A stretch of DNA of 61,927 bases, counting the filler, from Sphacelaria rigidula (Eukaryota): assembly GCA_964200075.2 (NCBI GenBank). It is 8 parts of 8 records of this genome, joined end to end, with 100 filler letters (N's around TTAATTAATTAA, not from the genome) between each part and the next. Parts side by side here need not be neighbours in the genome. Positions count along the whole stretch, not along the records: positions 46,523 to 54,175 come from CAXNAA020013917.1; positions 54,276 to 61,927 come from CAXNAA020013918.1; 6 more parts are not named here. One strand, 5' to 3'. Under the pieces are notes generated by a model. The model made no database searches. It saw only the letters and a list, made by a program, of their open reading frames with translations, and had not been told where the DNA came from. Each line of letters begins with the position of its first letter. Positions within the stretch are counted from its first letter, which is position 1. A program made the translations under genes and the position numbers. Shown piece by piece: positions 51,256 through 61,927 of the stretch.

Positions 51256-53400
51256 TTTGTTGTTGTTGTAAGACACGGCCTCGTACCTCATACCCAGTCG
51301 TCACAAAGAGAGGGCTGTGGGAAAATATTGCGGCTCATCTACCACGGCCTGACTATGGTATGACTACGGTATGACTACGGTATTTGGGGTATGGAACCTC
51401 TCATCCATGGACCCTGTATGGAAGCGAGACACCATACTGCACTGGCATACACCGGCAGGAATGACTGCATAGATAGGATACATGGGCAGGATACATGGGT
51501 GGGGAAGGGAGAGCAAAACACGAGACTACACAAGCGGTGAAGTCCAAAGAGTTCAGGGCAGCAGAGTACAGTAGATACGGCCACACACCAGGGGGCACCG
51601 CAGAGCCACCGACCAAGGACACAATCAACAACCGATGGTGACCGGCGAGATTCTCCGATTGGCGGTCCTCGACGCAGCAGCCTCTCGTTTGTGACGGCAG
51701 TCCGATTCTCGTTAGTCTTGGCGTCGCCACATGTCCTCAACCTGCTCCGCTCCTTTTGCGACTCCAAGATGCTAGTAGTGGTCCATGTTCTTCGCCGCAG
51801 TGACCCAATTGTACGCATCGTCGACCCCTGCACCGTAGAGGAACCATTTCGGTCGCGCTCCTTCGTGCGGAACAGCCCCTAGTGCACGTAGGCTCTCCTC
51901 CAGGTTTTCCTCCCATCGTCTGGTGGGGTGGCCAGCCTCTACTCGCATGGGCCCTCGGGCCGCTGACCGTGCGTTCATGATGCGTTTGGGAAGGCGTGTC
52001 TTCTTCTGCCAGACAAGGGCTCCCGCAAAGCAGAGTTGACGTTTGCGAATAGTCGTATGAATAGGTTCGCAGCTGGTCATCTCGAGCATCGTTCTGTTCG
52101 AAAGAGTCTCGTAGCCATTCCCACTTTTACTGCGAAATCCAGCCACCCCCAGCAAAAGCTTGTGATGGGCAGTGCTCAGACTGTCGAAGTCCTCAGAACG
52201 TAACATGTATGTAGCAGATCCGTACACCAGAGCTTTTGCCATACCCACTTTAAGCAGCCGGACTTTCTCCAGGATAACTGGGTGTTGGGTCGATCGTAGA
52301 GTTGGGAGATACATTTTCGCAGACGTCTCCATGCTGCTCTGTTGCGGCGGTTGATTTCGATGGACATTTTTGCATCCTCGCTCATAGAACCACCAAGGTA
52401 GACGAACTTACCAGTCTGCTTGTACTCGTACTATTGACCGGCAGCTTTGATGTGCAGGGCGGCCTCCGTGGAACCAGATATTGACCACAGGCGCATGGAC
52501 CCTGTCTTGCTCTCGGAGACCGTCAGTCCGAATTTCTGTCAGGTCACCACTATCGCGGCCAACTTTCTAGCAAGGCCGTCTGAGGTCCTCGAGACAATTC
52601 TGGTGTCGTCCGACAAAGCATTACCCACACCGCGCGTCGCACGTTTGAAATATTCCTGTTGTCGCCGGTCCCAATATTCATGTTGTCGGTGTACTACGAA
52701 TATCATGTTGGCGGTCGATCATTGGCGTCTAAATCTACACTGCTCTCCCGGGAAGACATCTGTTTTTTCACAGAAATTACCGAGCCTGTTGACTATGATT
52801 TTGAGAACTTGAGCAGCATGTGCCACACGTGAAATGCCCCTCTAGCTAGAACACTTGGTCCTATCTTTTTTCTTGTGTAGCACTTGGATAATCACATTTT
52901 TTCATTCCTGCAGCACCTCGCCAGATGTCCAACCCGTAGAGACGATGCTGTAGATGTCGTACAGGATCTCCCACGCCTCGTCGCCCAGTCCAAGCTTAAG
53001 GATAAGGATTCCAGCATGTAGACCAACCTGACCCGTGGCTTTGCCGTTCGACATAGCTCTCTCAGAGCGTCCTCAGTTTCAATTGGGCTTGTTGGCGAGT
53101 CTCGTAGTGACAGTGCTGTCAGTCGCTGCGCAATATTTTCGATGACGGTCCGGTCGATAGTTGCCGACGTGGTATTCAGCAATGTGGAGAAGAACCGTTC
53201 CCATCTCTCATTGATGAAGCCTTCGTCTCGCATAATATATTTATATTCTCGTCCTCGTCTCGTCTGGGATGTAGTGGTCACCACTGTCGATTTGTCGTCC
53301 CGACAATCTCCACCCTCCTTCCAGGTGTCCATAATACTGGATCAAATATCACGCGAACTGTTCGCCTGCAGGGAACTGTGGGATTCAAATGTTGTGCGAC
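51256..53400 (-). mobile_element. Decayed RTE-clade LINE (RT and C-terminus, 3' UTR, (CAA)n tail)
   Basis: RWERFFSTLLN, EINRRNRAAW, KVRLLK...LVYG, IRKRQLCFAG..RLPKRIM..G.P.RRW. Many indels. Ends ...GTCTTACAACAACAAC on the minus strand. Confidence 0.8.
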
Positions 53401-54275
53401 TAGTTGCGAAAATATGGAGCACCTCGTTATCAGTAGATATCATACACTGTACCGCACGTGTACACAGGTACTGAGTAGCGAGTTCATTGCCTGTAGACAA
53501 CTTCTTGTCGAAAAATGTCCGAAGCGTACAGCGGGGGCTGGTACCGCCGCTTCAACATATCCACTATCCACGTGCTCGATACAATACGAAGAACAGGGTG
53601 AGCGCAATGTTGCGGCATTAGTTGGCCTGCGACGTCTGGCTTCTGGGCGAAGCAAATGACAACGTTTGTGCTCCCAAGTAGCCGTTGTTCTTCAAGTTGT
53701 GCCAAAGTGATCGTGATCATCTTCGAAATTAAACATATTCTCGTGTAGACTACAAAACACAGCACAAGCACATACCTGAACAACAACACGCACGCATGCA
53801 CAACCGCTGGCGTTTCGTACCGTGCTTTCCCTATGCCAGTGTTCTACTCGTGGAGCGACTGCGAACGACTGGCTGTATCAATAGTTATCAGTACTTACAC
53901 TTTGCCTATTCGCTTGGATCCTGGAGGTTTAGAGAGTGGTATGTCGACAAAAATGCGGCTGGGAAGAAATGCTGTAGCTGAAGGCGCTCTCTCCTCAAAA
54001 TGGGCTAGACTTCTCCCGGTGGGACAATGCAAACTTTCCAATACGTGTGATGGCGATATTCCATGTATGGGGGGCACAAAGATTGTCAATGGTCTCGAAG
54101 TGGAATGTATGCCCCCCCCACCCCCTCCCCACCCATGAGGCAGTGTAAAAGCTGTGGCTGTCTCTGGAAGTGGCGNNNNNNNNNNNNNNNNNNNNNNNNN
54201 NNNNNNNNNNNNNNNNNNNTTAATTAATTAANNNNNNNNNNNNNNNNNNNNNNNNNNNNNNNNNNNNNNNNNNNN

Positions 54276-54305
54276 ATAATAATAATAATAATAATAATAA
54301 TGATA

Positions 54306-54336
<31 letters not shown>

Positions 54337-54340
54337 TAAC
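54276..54340. repeat. (AAT)n microsatellite
   Basis: Direct observation. Confidence 0.95.
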
Positions 54341-55928
54341 AGCAACGGAACGGTAGATCTAGATAATAACGAGCCCGAGGCGATTGCCGGAATTTCATAC
54401 CTTCTCCCATTTTTTTTATTTGTCGATAATATAGGTCCTTAAAGGGGGCACGACATCTGCTGGAAATCACCCCTCCTCCCCTCCCCTCCCCTCCCACCCC
54501 CACCCCCCTAAACTACCAAATGTCAATTTTGAGGGCCTTGGTATACTGATTCCAATCAACAGCCCCCCTTGGGGGATTAATCCATTCTTCAGTTCCCCTT
54601 TTAGTTTTCTCCCTTCAGCCTTCCCCTTTTCTCGAGTTTCCCTCGGCAAGTATTTTCCTTTGTCATGAACACGTCCATTTTGTGATCACCGCTGGATCTG
54701 GGGCGGATGGGTTAATGTCCGATCATCGCTTGATTCATAGGCGCAACTTTGTTACACAAGGACAGCCTAACGCATACGTACTGCACTAGATAAAGATTGG
54801 TTATCGCTGACAAACCCTGTCGCTCTCAGAAGGCTGACATCAAAAGGCCCTATTTACGCACATTATTCCCGTGAATCTTCACACAGAAGGTTCGCGGGAG
54901 GTCAGGATTTTACGTGTTTGAACTTATGTTACGGAATCTGTGGGAGGGGCGCCGCATTGCCGATGGTTTTGCAGAGCATTTGTTCTGTCTTCACATGCCA
55001 TGACCCAACGCCCTCCTTACGGATGAATGTTTACAAACACTTTTTTTCGTCTACGCATTTGCAGGATCAGCAATCCATAGTAGGAACGGAGCGGCGGGAT
55101 GGCCCTTTACCTCGTCTCCATAGCTGCGGGAGCTGTCGGCACCATGCTGGTACACGTTCCCCACTTGTATACTCTCACGGCTATCACCGACGCATTTCCG
55201 AGTGCCTGCAATCGAAAGTTGCGAAATATATTTTTCTCTGCCTGACGACGTCGTGGGATATGAGCAACTGGAATGAGTGGGAGATGGAAGTAGGCTGAAT
55301 CTTAATGTTGAAAGTCCATGTCCATCCCCGGTTGAAAACAGTAAGCACCTTATAGTTGTGGAGCTTATTGGAAGTGGAAAATATGAAACAACCCTAGCTC
55401 GTCTGTTATGGAGGTAATTAGCAGAACAAATATACCCTTCAAGAAGCAAATGGATATCTGTGTGTGTAATCGTACGGAGTTCTTACCAACGGCAGCGTGG
55501 ATGCCCCGGTGAACACCGTGGATCCTGCTACCGCCCCTCCTCTCCCCTGTATTCGCTCTGTCTCGAAAGGGATGCGTGGTCAATGTCAAACGTCTAAAGC
55601 AAGGAGCAAATGAGTACGCCCCCCCTGCATCCGAACCATGAATACCCTCCACCCGCCGTCCTCACCCTATTTCACCTTCCCAATCAGACTACTCGTCTTG
55701 GTTCAAGCCGTAGAAAAAAACTTGCGCTAGCGCTTGCATGACCCCCTCTAAAACGACATGGAGCCCTGGGGGTGGCGCTTATAATCGTGTACTGTAGGAA
55801 TTCAGAATGAGTCTACATATCGCGTTGCATCTGTGTATCATAGTGTGCCTTGCGTGCCTGCACTGTGCGACTGTATGCACCACGGATCCTTACGTTCGTA
55901 CCCTGCGCCGTGTTTTTTCGACGTGTAG

Positions 55929-57111
55929 GTCCATGGTTCCAAAAGTGTGGTAGAATCTACTGTAAGCAACATCGCGGCTAACATGAGGTACAACGTGGCG
56001 GATGCACGCCACCAGTTTACAACGGCCTTGAGGACTACGGCGATCACCATCGCTGATGTCTGCAATATGTTTGCAGTCACCTCAGACCACGTCTGGGCTA
56101 ACGCCTGCAATCAACTTGAAGCTACCACGAGGAACGTTGCGGATGACGTGCTCTGCCGTATTCTTCTAGCTACTGGGCTTACCTCGTTGATGATGGTTGC
56201 TGCTTGTGGTGGCTGGGAGATCATCAAGAAGGTCGTCATCCACGAGGTTAGAAGTTAGAAGAAGCATGCCCATGTTGCAGACCGAGCGTGAATAAGGCAA
56301 AATGCTTCGATAGGAAAGGCATCTTACTCTAGCACATCATGGCGGTTGGTCTGGGTCTGATGTGTTGGTTGTTAGTTACTGTACTGTACTATCGAGATGG
56401 GCGGTGTAGAGTGTGCACTGTACTGTAGATGGTGCAGATAAGTGCATGTTTTGTTGTGCATATTGGACTTAGGAGGAGAACTAAAAGTGGAAGATATCAT
56501 CTTGCACTTGCTTACTCATTCCGCCCCTGAGGTTGAGCGCTTTGAATTCGCAATCCCGAAAGCCTCCCCGAGATATCGACACGATAAGTATCGACTCGCT
56601 GTTCCTCGCCAAAAAATCACCCCATTACCCCTGAAAAAAGGTACTCAGACCCGTAATATCGCCTAGGCAGCTCTCGTGTAGCCCATCCGTCGACCCGTCA
56701 CCGCCGACACTGCGCCACACACCCCTCCCTCTCCCTGAAATTTATTGTCCGAATTATTATGAACGGACAAAGACGATATTATGATGAACGGACGAAGACG
56801 ACAATCTGCTTTGGTTGAGTCGGTCGGTGTCAACGAAGTCAAAAGCTTGAAGCTCCTTCGTACTCAAGTGTGGACTTGCTGGCTGCTGCGGGTCGCTCTG
56901 AGCTGTCCTTGGCAAGCAGTTGAGCGTTCTCTCTGGGGGATGTGTTCTGATTTCACATCTGCGGCACAATCAATCGCTTTGTGATCGGTTGCAGGTATAC
57001 GGAACCTGGCGGGAGGATTTGTGGTTCTTGACGATGATCCTGGTGTTCCTCACGGCGGTCACGGCTATTTTGGTGCTGCTATTCGGGCGATTTCATCGGA
57101 CTTCACCCCGG
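55929..57111 (+). CDS. Candidate exons (55929-56246, 56995-57111) of an unknown membrane protein
   Basis: AG/GT-bounded, phase-0, stop-free segments with hydrophobic helices (ILLATGLTSLMMVAAC; LWFLTMILVFLTAVTAILVLLF). No family recognised. Confidence 0.35.
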
Positions 57112-58029
57112 GTAGGTGAATCACGATGCGTCGGTATAAAAGTTCGAATTGCATACCGTACATACCTTCGACTGGCTTGGAAACAAACCGAAATGTCTGA
57201 AGAAACACGCACATACTGTACATACCTTCGGCTGTATTGGAAACGAACCGGAGTATCCGAAGAAACACAAACAATAGAGTACTGTATGTTGGAAGCCCTC
57301 CGCGTATCGAGTACGCATGCATTGCTCTCGGGTAGCCGCAGACGTACAGCAGGTATCGCTCAGCCGCATATTGTGGAGTAGACCTCGATTTATGTACGGA
57401 TCAAAGCCGCGGCAGGAGCGCGGCATTCGGATAAGACGAATAGGTACTACTTTTCAGGTTTCCGTCAGGGTGTGAAGTAGCAAGAGCCATTCCTGGTAGC
57501 GATGAAAGTACTGCACGGTATTTCTATCTTCTCCCTCGATTCCTCAGTATAGCGTTGTTGGAATAAAGATCCGCTAAAATTGCCGTTGTTCCGCATATCG
57601 CTGGAACATCGAGCTCACGTACCCAGTACACGTTGCCCATTGGTGCCAAAGCCGAGGGGTGCGCGACTCCTGATTGCCCGACGAAGGCTGCGCGAACAAA
57701 GGTGGATGGAAATGTTGTATACAGTGATATTAGCGAAGCGTTTTCTTCTTCCCCGAGTTCTCGTGCTTCCCGCCGCTGCCAAAAATGGTTCTGAGTAAGA
57801 CTCAAGACGAGCCTTTGGAAATGCACAGCAGAGACTCTATCGTAAAAAGACTGAGGTGTATTTACATGAGAGGTAAACACCTTTAACAGCATTATTCAAA
57901 ACGGAGACACCCAACATGTGTCGACTTGTCAACACGAGTGAACCTAGATTTCGCGCTGCCATTTACAATATTCCACTGCTTTCTATCCCCTTCCGGTGGT
58001 ACCCACCTATCCCTGACTATGCCCTACAG

Positions 58030-58236
58030 CGCATTTCAAACGCACCCTGCCCCCGAACATCCCATAACAACTGGGTGCGCGATGTCGAGATGGGGCCAAT
58101 CTGGAATCACGAGCACGCGAAGGTCAAGGCGCGCGAGTACATGGATAGGCATGAGGACCTGGAGTGGACTGGACACTGGCGTACTACTGTCCCGGGGACG
58201 ATGTCGGTTATCCAAGTCCGCCCGAAATCACAGTGA
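58030..58236 (+). CDS. Terminal exon encoding an MVL-type (Microcystis viridis lectin-like) mannan-binding domain
   Basis: VRDVEMGPIWNHEHAKVKAREYMDRHEDLEWTGHWRTTVPGTMSVIQV carries the family signature GP[IL]W[NS]...A......[WF]TG[QH]W.T.V.G.MSV. CAG acceptor ends at 58029; TGA at 58234-58236. Confidence 0.8.
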   Translation, partial: RISNAPCPRTSHNNWVRDVEMGPIWNHEHAKVKAREYMDRHEDLEWTGHWRTTVPGTMSVIQVRPKSQ

Positions 58237-59669
58237 TTGCTTCTCTTGGACTGTCTCGCTGCTTCGATTCTTTCTCTGTCTTGAAATAGTTCTACGATGG
58301 GTGGGTAGACACAGAGAATAAAGTTGGCGTCCCCACTCGGTCTGAGGGAGCATTTTACGCCGTAAAACACGTCGAACTTTCAATCCTCGAAGAGAGAGAA
58401 TTACAGAGTGCACCCACTCTAGGGGTTGAGCGCCACGACGCGGTATCACGGATTAGAATGGAGCGTGAGCATGCCGATACCCAGGATAACAGTTCAGGCA
58501 CGGCACACAATGTGCTCAAGTGTGTAGTTGAAAACGCGCCGCTTCCAGGAGAAAGTGGCTATGCTTGGTTTGGAGTGTCGAGATGTAGTGCGGGGCACAC
58601 GTCTTGGTTGCTATTCTTGTCAAAAGAAATGCTGATGGTTGGAATATGCTGCAAAACTATTTCGATATGGGGAGAAACAACCACTGAGGGTTTGATGTTG
58701 TGTGGCTAAGCGAGATTCCAGGAACCTCAGGAACATGAGGAAACATGCTCTTCGTATAGTACTGTATTATATTTCGTGGTATTTGTTGTATCCGTATTCG
58801 CACAGTGACTTTTAGCATAGGCGTGGAACGATTATTGTAAGCTAGAGATTGTCCTAGGGAAATACATGAGGGGAAGGAAAGCGGGAACTGTGAGGCGATC
58901 ATATATCGACCTCTCGCTCAGTGCACTACCATACAAGGGTCATCGTGTTTTTGGAGAGCGAAGCTCATACCCCGTGATTGATCCCGCCTTTTTCCCGCCT
59001 GCACTCTCGTTCGATTGTGTGTTATCGTCACTTCTAGAGGGTCCCGACCTGAGATCCTTTACGACAGGATGTTTTATCGCTTGGTCTAAGGAAGTATCTT
59101 TGGCTGTCGATACATTTGGTGGGCACCTTGGAAGTCTGAGTATGTTCGACCGTTGATCTCTTCGTACCATGAATCAACGTATCCACACTATCGCATCCAA
59201 CCATGATATCCTCAAGACTCGATTGTCATCGGCTCTCATGTATCTCCATTACAACCGCCGTCAACTGTTTTTCTACATCACACTCGGTGAGTATTCAGTT
59301 GACATCTACAGGCTGCAGTCTGCTTGCAGTGTGAGCTGCATAGCTCACTGAAATTTAGTACATTCAGACCTTCTCGTTGTCCTACATTTTGGGCGAAAAT
59401 AGCTAGACGTTTTTTCCTGCTGCAAAATACTTCAATACACCCGAGCAAAGCGCAATATCTTTGTGGACCGTGGCATGTAGGTAGAAGAAGCACTACGAAC
59501 GCGCCCCATACCGGTTCAGTGATGCCAGAGTGACTCTCAAAACTGCACCAGAATCAACTATGAATCCGGTGATACGCTGAAAGGAAGCGGCTCGTGGTTA
59601 CCACATTAAACACTGAACTCAACGAGTTACCCCCCCCCCTCGAACTTAGACACTAATACACACAGAATT

Positions 59670-60031
59670 GCGCTCCGGTGGCTCAATTGGTAACCTCGAA
59701 AACCTTCTGACGCTTGGGTCGTGGGTTCGAATCTCGGTGCAGTCACGCGATCTGTGATTCTTTCTCACACCATGCCCAACAGTGGAGAGCAACCATGTCG
59801 TGGGTGCGCAAAAATTCGACTTCACGGTCGGCGAGGGAGAGGGACTGCTGAACCCCTCTCGCGATTAAAAGTAAGGCAGGCGCCGCAGAAGGAAGATGGA
59901 GTATTAAAAACGAAATAAACAATAAAACACTCCTGCGTTGGCCTTTCTCCTGTGTGACCCCGGCTGATGCGCCAACATATACCGAAATGTGTAGACCGAC
60001 GTCCAGAATAGAAGGGATGACAACACACACA
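59670..60031 (+). mobile_element. tRNA-derived SINE, best-preserved copy
   Basis: A box TGGCTCAATTGG (59679-59690), B box GGTTCGAATC (59724-59733), tail GGATGACAACACACAC; five other copies in the window. Confidence 0.8.
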
Positions 60032-61649
60032 AAGGTCCATAAGAGGAATCGCATGCATCGATAAAGGTGTACCTACACCACAGGAGGAGCAGCAGGAGGT
60101 GGTCATACATCCCTACATACAAACTACTGAAATCTTCGCGGAACTGTCCCCACTCAAGTACGATGTGGTGGTGCAACACAACACTTGCAAAAACAAAAAG
60201 TATTCCCCTCCGAAATCTTCACCATCGCGTGAAACTCGGGGGATTTGCATTCTCATGCAAGCTTCCCCTAGGATATAGACATATACCTTACCTGACTTAT
60301 CGCCCCCGGGGTAGTCTTGGATAATTCGAGTTCCATCTGGAATCTCAGGTCCATCTGGGGATACCCATCTGGAACGTCCATCTGAGACCTCGTATCCATT
60401 TCGGACATCCATCTAGAATGTCGATTCATGACATCTACATCTGCGCATACAGAATGGCGTTCTATCAGCCACCAGCGCGGTAATCAAGATGTACTGTATG
60501 CCATTACCGTGTACCCTGCACTATGCTTTGCCAGCACACACACACTAGCCTAGATGTATGAGCGCCCTACGGCGCACATTGCACGGCGCTCCAGCAGCGC
60601 AGACTAGCCCATATGGTTGGACTGTATATCCTGTTAGGACTTGCCATGTCTAGAGGGACATCCTAGATGAACGTCCACGTCCTAAGTTGATGTTCCAGGC
60701 GGACGTCCAAGATAAATATCAACATACTTCCCAGATGAGCAGCACACGTCACACGTATATATCACACGACTGATGCCGCGCCCCCCCTAGAACAGTGGTT
60801 GGTTCATGTCGGCAAAATCAACATGTTACTCAAGATGACAAAAGGAGAGCACACCGGGTAGCTGGAAACCCCCACGCTTGCTTGGAATCGTTTTCTCCAA
60901 TATCGCCCATATGAGGCGCTTCATGCAGAAACCTGAAACCACCTTTCATGCGCAGTATGGCCATTTCCTTCGTGATAACTTTGGGGCTGGGCTGGGGGGG
61001 AATGCTATCGCGGGATCACTCTGTCGTAGATACCCAAGTTTCACACGGAGATTCATCCCCCGGAATGTATATATTTCCTTTGTCCCATAAGTCTGAGAAG
61101 TTATGGGCGTTGAATCGTATGGCTATGTCAAGGTTGCCGATCGTTCCATAGTTGGGTTCATTAGGACGATAAAGCGCAAGCGAAGCTGATGAAAAAAAAA
61201 AAACACTTTCGTCATCAATACTATAATTATGTCCAAATATGCCCATTTCAGCCCTTTTTGATCCATTTATACCCCATCATTGACCGATTTTGGACATTTT
61301 CACATCGAGCACTAGCAAATAATTACATGCCAACAAAATGTTGGATGGGGCGTGCGTAGGTTAACATCACGGACATGTCCAAAATCAATAATAGTGGTTT
61401 CGCGATTTTCACATCTTCTGGCCCATTTTTCGCTATTTTTCGTGTTCCCGGGTCTATCATGCTTTCCTGGGAAACGAGCAAAAAATGACCATTTTTGGAC
61501 CGACCTACTCTTTCTCGGCCACGCAACTGCATGGGTCAAGCACTCACGTTGTAGAAATAATGGTGATTTTAGCTAAAAAACGCCGACGGATGGAGTGAAA
61601 AAGACCGAAAATGAAATTGGACACGGTTAAGGGGTATCCCAGAGTCTTT

Positions 61650-61825
61650 CTACGATAGCCCCCCCCCCCCGAAATTCAGCCCAAAACAGTCACAAAGCAA
61701 ATGGTCATACAGCACCTGATGATTGATTTCAGGCTGCATGAAGCACCACCTCATATGGACAGCATTGGCGAAAACGAATCCAACCCTTGAAATTCCTGGC
61801 TGCTTGTTGTGCTCGGCTTTTTTCA
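61650..61825 (+). repeat. Dispersed repeat related to 432-600
   Basis: Shared AAATGGTCATAC...CATGAA...CAT(A/G)TGG(A/G)CAGCATTGGCGAAA...GTGCTCGGCTT. Confidence 0.6.
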
Positions 61826-61927
61826 TTTCGATAATATGATATTATTATTATTATTTCCGCACAACATCAGTCCGATCTCGCGAACCCGTAGTCACAGACG
61901 TAGGCTCGCCGTTCCAATACCGTCCTT

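Overview
This is repeat-rich eukaryotic nuclear DNA, most likely from a brown alga or related stramenopile. That assignment is an inference from TTAGGG repeats, long GT-AG introns and repeat style. The window is not one locus. It is eight unrelated contigs of 7654, 7654, 7654, 7654, 7653, 7653, 7653 and 7652 bp, sorted by size and joined by identical 100-bp spacers (44 N + TTAATTAATTAA + 44 N). Most of it is transposon debris: a Ty3/Gypsy gag-protease half (contig 3), a Ty3/Gypsy RT-RNaseH-integrase half (contig 4), decayed LINEs, a tRNA-derived SINE family, several MITE families and mini/microsatellites. The best leads are: (1) a head-to-head pair of intron-containing genes, each encoding a single 3-TM PQ-loop/SemiSWEET-like half-transporter (32262-38121); (2) an integrase C-terminus carrying a chromodomain plus a second Tudor/PWWP-like domain; (3) an exon encoding an MVL-type high-mannose lectin domain (58030-58236); (4) a seven-unit array of piggyBac-like MITEs chained through shared TTAA sites. 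All protein calls come from motif recognition by eye; no database searches were run.
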